NCBI GenBank assembly: GCA_002256025.1
Contig: NKIB01013520.1
Coordinates: 1 to 56,166, forward strand
DNA length: 56,166 nucleotides
Source of the DNA: Asterionella formosa
Lineage: Eukaryota
Direction: 5' to 3'
Shown: positions 1-10,842 of the stretch, piece by piece
How positions within the stretch are numbered: position 1 is the stretch's first letter
Layout of the letters: every line of letters begins with the position of its first letter
Position numbers and translations under genes: made by a program
Notes under the pieces: generated by a model
Told to the model about the DNA's origin: nothing
The model's input: only the letters and a program-made list of their open reading frames with translations
The model's database searches: none

Positions 1-506
1 TTCAGAGAATGTTTACTCGGAAGTTGAAATTGAGGAGGAAGGGGCATTTCCATTGCATTTTCAGGGAGAAAGCCGGTGCGATCTTGAAAATCTGAATATT
101 GCATGGTTTCTGAATTCAACCCTTGGAGAGTTTTTAGTCTCAATTGTTCGTCCTGTTGTGACTGAATATTGTTATAAACTGAATCGTCGCTGTCGCCATG
201 AAGTGGATGATTGTGGTCACTTGATTCAAGGATAGGACACATAATCTCTTCTTGTCTAATCTCCCTAAATGCTGCAGCAGTTACACTGCCATTAACTTCT
301 TTCCTTGAATGATTAGATGCACTACCGCAATACATAGTTTCACTATGTATTCCAGGAACTCGATGTTCTTGCATGCAATATCGACAGTGACCATATGCAT
401 AAAAACCACGGTTGCTACAATTTCGATTGTGAGACTCAGATGGGGATTTGTTCTTCCGAAATTTGCAGTTACACAGATAATACCATTGCGATGTGCGCAA
501 AGACAT
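1..506 (-). CDS. Partial ORF running off the left edge; Cys/His-rich N-terminus, unknown protein carried inside the CGTCTG element
   Basis: Manual translation from ATG at 506 gives MSLRTSQWYYLCNCKFRKNKSPSESHNRNCSNRGFYAYGHCRYCMQEHRVPG... and stays open to base 1. It is absent from the ORF track because it has no stop in the window. Confidence 0.55.
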   Translation of the reverse strand, partial: MSLRTSQWYYLCNCKFRKNKSPSESHNRNCSNRGFYAYGHCRYCMQEHRVPGIHSETMYCGSASNHSRKEVNGSVTAAAFREIRQEEIMCPILESSDHNHPLHGDSDDSVYNNIQSQQDEQLRLKTLQGLNSETMQYSDFQDRTGFLPENAMEMPLPPQFQLPSKHSL

Positions 507-814
507 TGCAAATTGCAAATGATGAACAAGTCAGGACATTAAAAGGTTAGAATTAAAATGAATTAATATATATGAATAAATTGAGCGCCACTTCGAACAT
601 GCTGTGCTGGAAAATACAGAGCCGTGAAATTATCACTCCACCATAGTAGCAAAAATGGAGGTATACCGCTACATGTAGTACAGGCGGCACTAATAGTAAT
701 ATTTGTATAGAGCAGAATCAATGTTTTCCTATCATCTATGATATGGCTTGCATTTGTAGAAGTCTCACACTAACTATATTTATTATGTAGCTACTAAGTA
801 TGCATTGGATTCTA

Positions 815-2701
815 TTAGATCCATTCAAAATCAACATCGTCATCAATGTCCCGTTGATTAATGCGGTCATTATAATCAATATTCTTTTCAGGAACATTTG
901 GTTGAAGTGATTCAACAAATTCATGCATATCCTCTTCACTTACATTGGGAAATGAGAAGTATGAGTGTGGGTAGATGATATTTGTTGTGGGAGTAGCAAT
1001 TCCACTAGGATTCCTTCCATATTCAGATCGATTCTTTTGTGAAAGTCCAGTGTAGATTTCCTTATAATAAACGAGTAAATCATCAGTCCATTGATCAGTA
1101 AGACCATTTGAAACTGAACTTTCTTCCCTCACACTTTTTTGATAAGTGGTTTCCCACCAATGTCGACAAAATCAGTAGAATGATGAATATCGTTCTCTGA
1201 ACTTTCCTGCGTATCTGGATTGAAACCCAAATATTTTTGTTGCAATCAGAATTTTCCTTTCATCACCAAGAAGTAAAATGCTTCTGTACTGGCATTGATC
1301 AGCGAACCAACAAAATGTGATTGCAATTCACACTGTGCCCGAAGACTTGGTTGAAATTTGGCTTGGTCACACCAGATTTCTCTCCTGTTAAAAATGGTTC
1401 TCCACGGCTTGTCCTGCCTATAAAATACACTGGAGCAAGAACATCACGCCAGACTTGGTATCCTTGGCTTCCTCTGTCAATGTCCTTTGAGTGCGCAAAA
1501 CGATAAAGCGTGAAAGCCCACCTAATAAAGTCATCAATATCCACAGTCCGGAAGGATTTATATTCTGTTAGACCGGCTGGTGTGTCATGAATTATGTTAG
1601 CATCTTTAAGTTGAAACACGTTTGATAAGAATATAATCACCGACTCAAAACATCATGCTTTCGGTGCATCTCCCTGCAAGAACTTACCTAAGATTCCTTT
1701 AAATTGATTATTCAATACATTCTGACAATCTCTCAACTTTTTAATGCACATGCCACCAAATGTTGATTTAATATAATCTAAACATGCCTTGTTGGTATGT
1801 TCAATGGTCTGATTCATCGGAAGTAGTGCATCAGAACCATTCCATGTGAAATCGGCAAGCTCTGGGTCACTCTCCAATTCTTTGCCTGACTCCGGTTTCA
1901 CTGTGTATAACTGAGTTAGGCAACATTTAGGGAAAACCATTCCTGTTTGTGATTGGAAATGCCTTTCATAGTACTACTTGGACCAGATAGGGCGGGATGT
2001 TTGATTCTCTTTTGGGACCAGAAAAAAGCACATTAGATTGATATTATTTTTTACAGTACCTGCAATTCGCGAACTATAACCTCAAACTTACATGTTCACA
2101 GCAAAAATTCTTGGTCTTGAAAACAAATAAAACTCACAACCTTTGTGACAATTGATGGTTCAATTTTAGCTAAGCGAGAACGACATTCTGATAAGGCTGC
2201 TGAAATTGAAGAGTCTTGATAACCTCGTATGGACGAGTTTTGAATCGAATTACGACCTTTTTAGTGATTGAGTTCATTGACCAATTGATAATATCCTTTG
2301 GCAAGTACAAAATGTTTTTCCCTCAGGTTGTCATGTACTTGTTGGTCCTTGCGATTAGAAAATTTATGATATGGTACCATGTCGTCCATCTGCATCCGGG
2401 AGTGATTAATGTCATCATCAACAGGAGCCATTTTTCTTGTATCAACAACTGAAGTAGAAACGTCATCATTGCTGTCAGTATCAATTACGGGATCCTTTGT
2501 ACTAGTAGCTGATGGTGTCTCCATCGACGATGGGGTATTACCCCCAACGTCTCCCAATCGCCGATTGGGTTGCTTTGGATAATCGCCTATTCGCTTTTTC
2601 TTTGTAAACTCATTTTGGAACTTACTTCTTTGTTCAATACCGGCAGTATTTGCCACATGTCGCTTGTTTCCATGAACCTCTTTATGGTTTCTTGAAGACA
2701 T
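815..2701 (-). pseudogene. Decayed, probably spliced gene of unknown function (transposon cargo)
   Basis: ORF pieces 2261-2701, 1653-1940, 1299-1640 and 815-1132. The two middle pieces are in the same frame, separated by one TGA. A GTAAGT donor lies near 2090 on the minus strand. The 5' part is duplicated with a frameshift at 13700-14242. Confidence 0.6.
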
Positions 2702-2771
2702 TGTACTACTTGATAACTGTTGTCGTTGTCTTCCTTAAAGGTCGATGATCTTAAATTCATTTACTTTCCCG

Positions 2772-3225
2772 CTGCAGTAGCAGTAGTCATAGACATATGG
2801 TGTTCTATTGCATGCTTATTACTCCGACTACAGCTTTTCAGTTTCACGATCATACAATCCTAAAACTATGATGATTTACTGTCCCATTGCATTAGCAACA
2901 TTCCTGATTATTAGGTGTTCTATTGGTTTTTAGTTTTACGATTATACGATCCTAAAACTATGATGATTTACTGTCCCACTGCAGTAGCAACAGTCCTGAA
3001 CATATGATGTTCTATTGGTTTTTAGTTTTACGATCATACGATCCTAAAATTATGATGATTTACTGTCCCACTGTAATTGCAACAGTCATGAACATATGGT
3101 GTTCTATTGGTTTTTAGTTTTACGATCATACAATCCTAAAACTATGATGATTTACTGTCCCACTGCAGTAGCAACAGTCCTGAACATATGGTGTTCTGTT
3201 GCTAGTTTACTACTCCGACTACCCC
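2772..3225. repeat. Tandem minisatellite, ~92-118 bp unit, 4-5 copies
   Basis: Repeated CTGCAGTAGCAACAGTCCTGAACATATGGTGTTCTATTG...CGATCATACAATCCTAAAACTATGATGATTTACTGTCCCA. Confidence 0.9.
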
Positions 3226-4896
3226 CAGTATATCACTTACTACCTGCTACTGGTACTCTGTATATAAATATGTTATATTGTTGTTGTTATATGATGTACC
3301 GGTACACATGAAGAGCTCCCAACCAAAAAAGGGGCTTAAACAATTTGCTACCAAAACCCTTGCGGCAATTGAACGGTCTAAACAATTAGTTTCAACGGAC
3401 ATAGAAAATATCGATGCAAACAAATTTCAGAAACAATACCGGTACAGGTAGTCGTAGAAAACAATGGACATATAGTGCATTGAGTAGTTTCGAAAAATGT
3501 ATATGCGAGTATGATCATCCCAACCATATCAGATGTTCCATATCGAGAGCGCGTTTAATATATATATATATATATTTACAAATTTTATTACTATATTCAT
3601 GACATATATATTTTTGAAATCTTTCTGTCATGTTAACAAACAATGCCTGCTGCTTCATGAAAAGATACGTTGTAGTAAAGCACATGAGAAGCAAAGAAAG
3701 TTTACGCAGTACATAACGAAAAACATTGTGGCTTCGACACATTGCGCATTCGAAGGATGGAGAATGTTTAAGGTAATATAATGAAGCCATCAATGTGCGT
3801 GGTACTTGGATGACAATCGTCGGGAGGCAGGCAGCACAACAACAAATTGTTAACTAAACGCAGCCACATTTCCTTTTTTCTCAGTTGATTCAACAGCTCG
3901 TTTCGCTTGTTGGGGAGCACCAATGTAAAACAAAACCAAATTGCGTAAGTGCTCTTGTCGCTCGTTGGAACTATTCACTTCTGTTGGAACAAAACTAACA
4001 AAACGTTTAACTTCTCTCAAAGTTAAGCTGACAAAAATGAACCAGTAAGTTCTTTTGGACAACATTGGATACCCGAAACTTACTTATTCAAGAATTTACT
4101 GAGAAGTTACTATTACAGACTTATGCATCCTTAGTTGCATTGATTTGTGGTAAGTGAAGCAAGAGGATACGATGAAATTGCGTGTCGTTGTTTCAATGTA
4201 ACATGACTACTAGCTAACAAATCATTCCTTCTCATTGTTACTGTAACTGCATGCATAGGAAAATAAAACCGATCAAACAGAATAGCCGGCGAGTTCACAA
4301 TGACACTAACAGCAGGGAGAGAGACGCAACATTAGTAAGGCATTGCTTGGCACAAGCTTGGCACAAGATTCAGAAAAGAGGAAGAAAAGGGTGTGACAGG
4401 AACAATATACATCGAGCCGAGTAGAGAGGGAAACGTTGGGTCGCTGGCATGTAGATTAATAGATAGCATTGCTTAATTTGATAGTTAAATTACGATCCAT
4501 TTCAATCTATTTTGAACAATGCTTGTGATTAGAATTATGATCATGTTAACGATAGATTTACGATGAAACAATTCGCATGATAGCATGGAGTTGAGCTGAT
4601 TTTAGGATGTGTTGTAGTAATGATTTACATCGGGCAATCATGAGAAGTGAAAATAAAATGAGAAGGTTTATGATATTGACGAGAAAAGTTGTTGATCAGT
4701 TTATATACATTGTGTGATGATAATGCTCTTATTATCATTATACTTCAAGGTCGGTAACATATTAATAAATCATCATAGATACAAGATACCTTGATCATAT
4801 TTTTGATCCAAAAATTATCATATATACGAAAATCCTGTGCCACTTAGCGTATGATACCCTTGATCCTATATGCATGATATTTTTTATTTACAGACG

Positions 4897-5325
4897 CTGG
4901 GAAGGCAAGTCGAAGGGGTTAATGCAAGTCTTGGTGGGAAGAGAGTTTATTAATGGCAATGGCTTACCTTACTATAGTACCACTTTAACTGGACAGCAAG
5001 ATGCATATGAAATCGTCAACGTTGATTCAAGTCTGAGACACATAATGTCAATGTATACTGAAAACTTGAATTGAAAGAGAATAAAGGAATGATGAGCACA
5101 TTGCTTGGATGGGACCAAGCTTGGAGTTGCCTTGAGGTCATGTTTTCACAGAAGTGCCGAGCAGAAATTGCTCGCAGAGAGGCAGTTGAATATAATTGTG
5201 CTCTCTGTGAGAAAGGGGGCTGCGGCTTACCGAAACCTGTCACTGAAGGAGAAAAGGGGACGAGCAATTTCATCGGAAGAGTTTAGGTCATGTCTATCAA
5301 AGGAACGAGATTTTCTAGACATGCT
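4897..5325 (+). pseudogene. Remnant of an IS630/Tc1-like DDE transposase C-terminal region
   Basis: Frameshifted pieces WEGKSKGLMQVL..R.FI, SLRHIM, KCRAEIA..EAVEYN and AYRNLSLKEKRG. These resemble the GWxGKPKG..QVL.ERG and PKxHxExAGEGIEYxW..K..YR motifs of this transposase type (recognised by eye). Confidence 0.55.
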
Positions 5326-5330
5326 TGTCG

Positions 5331-5533
5331 GGGGAATGGCTTAATAGTTAAAAAACCTACTACGGTGCGTGGTAGCTTCGATTCCTGCATTCTCCACCTG
5401 TCATTTTCATGTAGTCCCTAGGGCTCCGGGGGTTCCGGCTGACAAAAAGACAGGTTCCGTTGTACTGTACAGACGAATAAAACCGGTTTGTGCCTGAGGG
5501 CAATTAGTGGATAGCTTTAATGTACTATTTAAA
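5331..5533 (+). mobile_element. tRNA-derived SINE-like repeat (degenerate tRNA head 5331-5396)
   Basis: GGGGAAT pairs with ATTCTCC+A (acceptor stem with G3:U70). A-box-like TGGCTTAATAGT and B-box-like TTCGATTCC are present. The tail TAGCTTTAATGTACTAT is shared with the A-tailed insert at 23305-23388 (-). Confidence 0.5.
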
Positions 5534-5973
5534 TGACATTTTTTAAGACGAGCTTGTTGTCGGTACATGTCGACTTACCGTGTCATGCAATTGAACCTGG
5601 ACAATAGCAGCAGTGCTATCAAGACGGTCCATTGGCAATTGAGGACCTTGCAAAGAAGTTGAAGACTCATGTGCATTCTTGATGTGTCTTGGAATTGCTT
5701 TTGATTACAAGCTTGTAATCAATGTAAATTGTTTGAATGATTTCTTATTGTTGCTTGTTGTGTGATATCGATATATGTATACTTACAATACTCTTTATGA
5801 TAATAATCAATCTGCCTGTTCTCAGAAAATCATTGATTTCTTCACGGCTGCTTCTGTGTTGCGAACAGAGCGACTGATAATGATAATGAACGAAAAATTG
5901 CATAACTTTTGCTGGTACATCATCCTATGAGGAAGCTTAACTACAAGAACAAAAATGAAAACAACACATTTAA

Positions 5974-7078
5974 GGTTGCGGCCCTCGGCTTAACCCTAGT
6001 TTGGAGAAAACGTCGCTAGGGTTGTAAAAATGGCATGAAACAGGGAGTTCGCTGCTATGAGTTCCCATGATTTGAGTGTCCATTTGAATATTTGAATTAA
6101 AGAGGAGTCGGTGCCAGATAGACAGAGTTCCATTTTAAACAAACAAAAATGATATTTAAACGTTTATACTATAACTACGTTGCTGAATGTAGACATAATT
6201 TTGTTCGACGCCACAACACATATATAAATCAGGAGTATGCCTAAATGTATACTCATGATATTTTTAATCCGTTTGTACCGGAGTAACGTTGTACCAGGGT
6301 ACCTGGTACCAGTAGTACAAAATCTTGGTTAATGACGATGGATGATGAAATTACCGGTAGTACATATTTTACCTACCAGGTACCGGCACAGTGCATCTAC
6401 TAATACATGTGGTTCAAGTATGGCTGGCGTAATTGTAATTTTACAAGACCGAGATACTGCAGCCGATCTGGATCACAGAAATTCAATTCAACCAATCAGA
6501 ATATGTGTAGTGATGCGGGAACTTACCCTGGAGTCTTTTCGGACAGAGAATTATTCAGCAAAACATACCTACGCAAGACTCTAAGTCTACGAGAATTTTC
6601 TGCATGTACTAATTCTGATACCAATATTTTGGCGACTGTTGAAAAACCGATCGGGTCGAATTTTCGGAAGAGGATTGCTCTACATCTACGGGTTTCTTGA
6701 TGATTAAAATAGATAGCCGTGTACCCTATAACGTCAGGAGTTAACTTCTGGAGAGAAGTGGCAGGGATGTATCGTAGATTTTTTGAAAAGCTTCGTAGCC
6801 CCTTTTTTGACTATTTTTGCGGTAGTTATGAATCTATGATACATAACTGCCACTTCTCTCCAGAAATGGGGTCCTTAGCATATCTGTATGTAGATCATAC
6901 CCCTAAGTCGCGAAATGACAGTATCTAAGCATATGCAAAGTGGTTGTAATGGTGAAAGCTAATTTTACCTTTAACTATTTTATTTCCTTGTATTTATTTG
7001 ATGTGTGGATTGAGGTACCTCATAAAAATATTTTGGGAAAAAACGGACCTCGCAATTTGTAACTGCAGGACCGCAACC
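5974..7078. mobile_element. Non-autonomous Kolobok-like DNA transposon, family K1
   Basis: TTAA|GGTTGCGGCCCT...AGGACCGCAACC|TTAA. TTAA flanks with GG..CC termini. Inverted paralog at 28711-29921. Confidence 0.75.
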
Positions 7079-7082
7079 TTAA

Positions 7083-8149
7083 GGTTCCTGCATTTCAACC
7101 CTAGTTTAGAGGTAGGGTTTAAAAAACATATTGAGTCAGAGTACTCAAACACAAACTTCTTTCTAGTAAAAGATAAATGTTTATCGCTAAACGGAGCTTT
7201 CACCAATATACACCCTTTCCATATGCTTAGATACAGTCATTGACAAAAGTAGGGGCACAGGTCAATGCTATATATCGTCAGGATATAGGATCTGGCGAGA
7301 AACTGCAGAAAGGAACTTCGGTTTTATAACTATGCTATTAAGAGTAGAAATTTTGGGGGAAATCACTTTATTTGGAATAGTAAAAAGACCAAAGTTCCTT
7401 TCTGCAGTTTCTCGCCAGAATTATATACTGATGCTATTTGAAGGTTACATATGTAACTTAATCGGCTTCAGACCCAGCCAACGTTGAGCTATCGTTGTCC
7501 AAAAATTCGACAAAATCGGCCTTTTCTACGGTCTCCGAATCATCGGAATCAGAATCACTTAGCGCCAAAACGTCATCATTGGAATGGTAGTCTTGTGATG
7601 CAGTATTTAGTCGTAAAATTTCCAGTACCAAAAATTCCATTGTAAGTGCGCGTAGTATTATATATGTATGATTGGCTATGGCGAAATACTCGACTCCGTT
7701 TGATTGTGATAGGAATTGCAAACCCACACCGGCCACATTGGATACACATGTACCCTGGTACCATTTCGTTGGGTGTACCGGTAGGCCGGTACTATACCCA
7801 TTGCGGGTACCAGTATATGATTATCATTGGACATCATACATGTGGTACCTGGTAACCTGGTACCACTCGTTGATTGCACTTTAAAAAATTTGCTGGAGCC
7901 GCCGGGTCGTATATAAGAAAAATAATCGTTGGTAAATATACATACAGTCATGAACAATGTCTCTCTCTATATATTTAGCTATTTCAAAAAGGAATCTATG
8001 TACATACGCGCAAATTTTCACAGATTTGAATATTTCAAACGGAATCATGTCATTCAAAAATAGCTCCTATAAATTCTTAGTTCCAGGGAATTTCGGCAAC
8101 CCCAAGCATGATATTTTATTATTTGCCTTAGGGTTGAAATGCAGGAACC
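7083..8149. mobile_element. Non-autonomous Kolobok-like DNA transposon, family K2
   Basis: Perfect 21-bp TIR GGTTCCTGCATTTCAACCCTA. The left TTAA (7079-7082) is shared with K1; the right flank is TTGA. Confidence 0.8.
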
Positions 8150-9135
8150 TTGAAACCCTAGGCAAAAATTAAAATATTGCTTAGGGTTGCCAAGATTCCC
8201 TGGAATTAAGAATTTAATTTGCTATTTTTGAAAGACGTGATTCCATTTGAAACATTAAAATCAGTGGAAATTTGCGAATACGTACATAGATTCCTTGTAG
8301 AAATCGCTAATTATATATATAAACACTGTATGTCGCTGTATGTATATATACCCTAAAAATACGGTCAACATATATTCATGGACACTCTATACTCCATTGA
8401 CGATTTTATATTCTATGCATTGAATCCGTCCTGTCAGTACACCCAAGAAAATGTTACATGTTTATCTAATGTGGCCGGCGTGGGTTTGCAAGACCTCGCA
8501 AACCAGGCCAATCAAACAGAGGAATGTACTTCACGCTCACCAATCATATTATATATGTGGAAGCGGGTACTTACAATGGAATTTTTTGGACAGGAGATTT
8601 TAGGACTAAAAATTCCGGCACACGACTACCATTCCGATGATGACGTGTCGGCACATAATACTTCTGATTCCGATATTTTGGCGACCGTAGAAAAGGCCGA
8701 TTTTGTCGAGTTTCTGGACGACAATAGCTAAATGTTGACTGGGTCTGACGGCGACTTAGATACATAGGTAACTTTCAAATAGCATCAGTATATAACTTCT
8801 GGCGAGAAACTGCAGAAAGGAACTTCGGTATTTTTACTATGCCAAATAAACAGATTTCCCCCGAATTTTCGAGTCTTTTTAGCATAGTTAAAAAAACGAA
8901 GTTCCTTTCTGCAGTTTCTGACCAGATCCTATATACTGACGATATATTGAGTGAACCTACACCCCTACTTTGTCCGAAGACTGTATTTAAGCATGTGGAA
9001 AGGGTGTCTATTGGCGAAAGCTCCGTTGAGCGTTATACATATTCAATTTATATGTGAAAAGCACGTGTTTGATTAGTCTGACTGAGTATTATTTTCTCAA
9101 CCCTACCTCGAGCTAGGGGTTCAAATGCAGCAACC
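8150..9135. mobile_element. Second K2 copy in inverted orientation, left terminus clipped
   Basis: Its reverse complement aligns along the length of 7083-8149. Ends ...AAATGCAGCAACC|TTAA at 9135. Confidence 0.8.
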
Positions 9136-9880
9136 TTAATCGTACAATATGCATAGTCCAAAAAGATTTCTATTTCATTTATGATAATAATTATTAAATA
9201 TTTCAGGTAATATATTACATTATACGATTACATGATCATCATCATAAGATGGATTACACGAATAAGATGAATTCTATTTGCAGATGACACTTGTAGCCTC
9301 AGAAATGGGTCCAGACAAAACTATTAGCAAGACCATGACAGGTGTTGTCGTTTCAGCTGTCACTATTAATAAATCTTTCATCATGTCACATATTGTTTGT
9401 TGCACCAACTGAAGGTGAAATTAGGCAAAATTGAGATCCGTCAAGGATGCTTTTGAGATAAGATTAATTTGCTTGCTATTTTGTTTTCATATCACCAAGC
9501 GAGAGACATATCATTCTGATCTGCTGTTGTTCTCAACATTCATTTAACATTTGAACAGGCCTTTTAAGAAAAGGATTGTTCTTTTGGAATCAGGAGTAAT
9601 AGAAGGTGAAATGATATAACATGGAAATCCGCAATGGTGGCTTTTAGGTAAGTTTATTTTTCAAGTCTTTGTCCTCATATCAGCAAAGGAAACAATTACT
9701 CACATTATGTATAGTATTTACAAATTATGCGAACAAAATTAAAGATTTCTTGAGTATTTCAAATAATTACGTAAAGATGAGATCACGTAATATAGTGATG
9801 ATCAGATATGCATGAATGATACCGGTATGCTGATCTAATAATTAACTTGATGTATTCAGATAATATTTTGATATATTCAA

Positions 9881-10247
9881 AGGAAATGGCTTAATAGTTA
9901 AGCACGTTGCCTTTGATCTGCGGTTGTGCAGCTTGACTCCCACAATTTCTTTAGAAGCGATTGTTGGGTTGTTTGAATCCCACACTCCTTACCATCCTGC
10001 ATCATGGTCTTGCTCTGTGTGCAAGAAATAGTGGTTCGTCCCCGGCGCCGCCCCCCCACCCCCCGCTTGTGCCGCCAAGGTCGGCATTTCCCCTAACGCT
10101 GTGGCAAAGATTATCACCTTTCGCAAAAGGTGGTTGGGGACTCACCAATGCTAACAAAAAGAGGGAAACACAGATCTTGTTGGCAGGTAGCACAATTAAA
10201 GTTTGCCTAGATATAGGGGAGTACAAATGGGCTATTAAACATTAAAC
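9881..10247 (+). mobile_element. Second tRNA-headed SINE-like repeat
   Basis: Head AGGAAATGGCTTAATAGTTAA...TTGACTCCCACAATTTCTT (9881-9951) shares AATGGCTTAATAGTTAA with the 5331 head and has its own acceptor-like stem. The 3' part 10170-10247 matches 28631-28710. Confidence 0.45.
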
Positions 10248-10842
10248 TTTTGTATTGATAGAGACAAGTACGCATTTTGATGTATTCAACTTTATCATGT
10301 GATCCATTCAAAATAAACTAGGCTTATTTACGTGAAGGTCCATTCACATAATACAAGGCTTAGATGTGCTTCAATGACTGCACAGTCTACATGATCAACA
10401 GTCATGATGAATTCCATGGAACAAGAAGATCAGTTCAGGAAGCTATATGGGGGATTTATAAATGGAACAGTAATTCCTACAGATGGAGTCCAATATGCAA
10501 AATTATCTCAAAAGACTGAAATGATGGAAGGCAACAATTGCACGAAATAAACCTATGAGAAAGAGTGGTCTGAGTTAAAGAACAAGTCCAAGAAAGTATG
10601 ATTCAAAGACCAATTAATTTGGCAAGATTGTTAATAATAGTAATATGAAGTAATCACAACATTGAAAAATGCAAGTCTAAAAAAGCAGATAAGACTGTTG
10701 TCCAACTCCTAATTATTGGAGAACTAGTACTGGCCACTGGATGTGTAAGTCCTATTGAATAGATCTGGAATATCTCAACAGAGATGATCAAAACATATAA
10801 TCTTATTGAAATCTACATTGTGAATAGCAAGGGTATGTTTTA

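Larger units (their letters stand above)
1..4896 (+). mobile_element. CGTCTG/CAGACG-ended DNA transposon, copy 1 (other end outside the window)
   Basis: Ends in ...ATATTTTTTATTTACAGACG at 4896. About 4790-4896 is an inverted match to 16172-16285, with patchy inverted homology from 3330-4896 to 17750-16172. About 2170-4420 is a direct match to 13700-16108. Confidence 0.75.

Noticed and set aside
2772..3225. Possible CRISPR array (regularly spaced repeats)
   Set aside because: Whole units are repeated with no unique spacers, no cas genes are present and the context is eukaryotic; it is a minisatellite.
5331..5396. Functional tRNA-Ala or tmRNA
   Set aside because: Only 66 nt, with no proper D or anticodon arm, a T-stem mismatch and no tag ORF; treated as a degenerate SINE head.
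7458..8731. Paralogous short ORFs (7458-7736 -, 8378-8731 +) as protein genes
   Set aside because: Their similarity follows from the inverted K2 duplication; they are short and have no recognisable domain.
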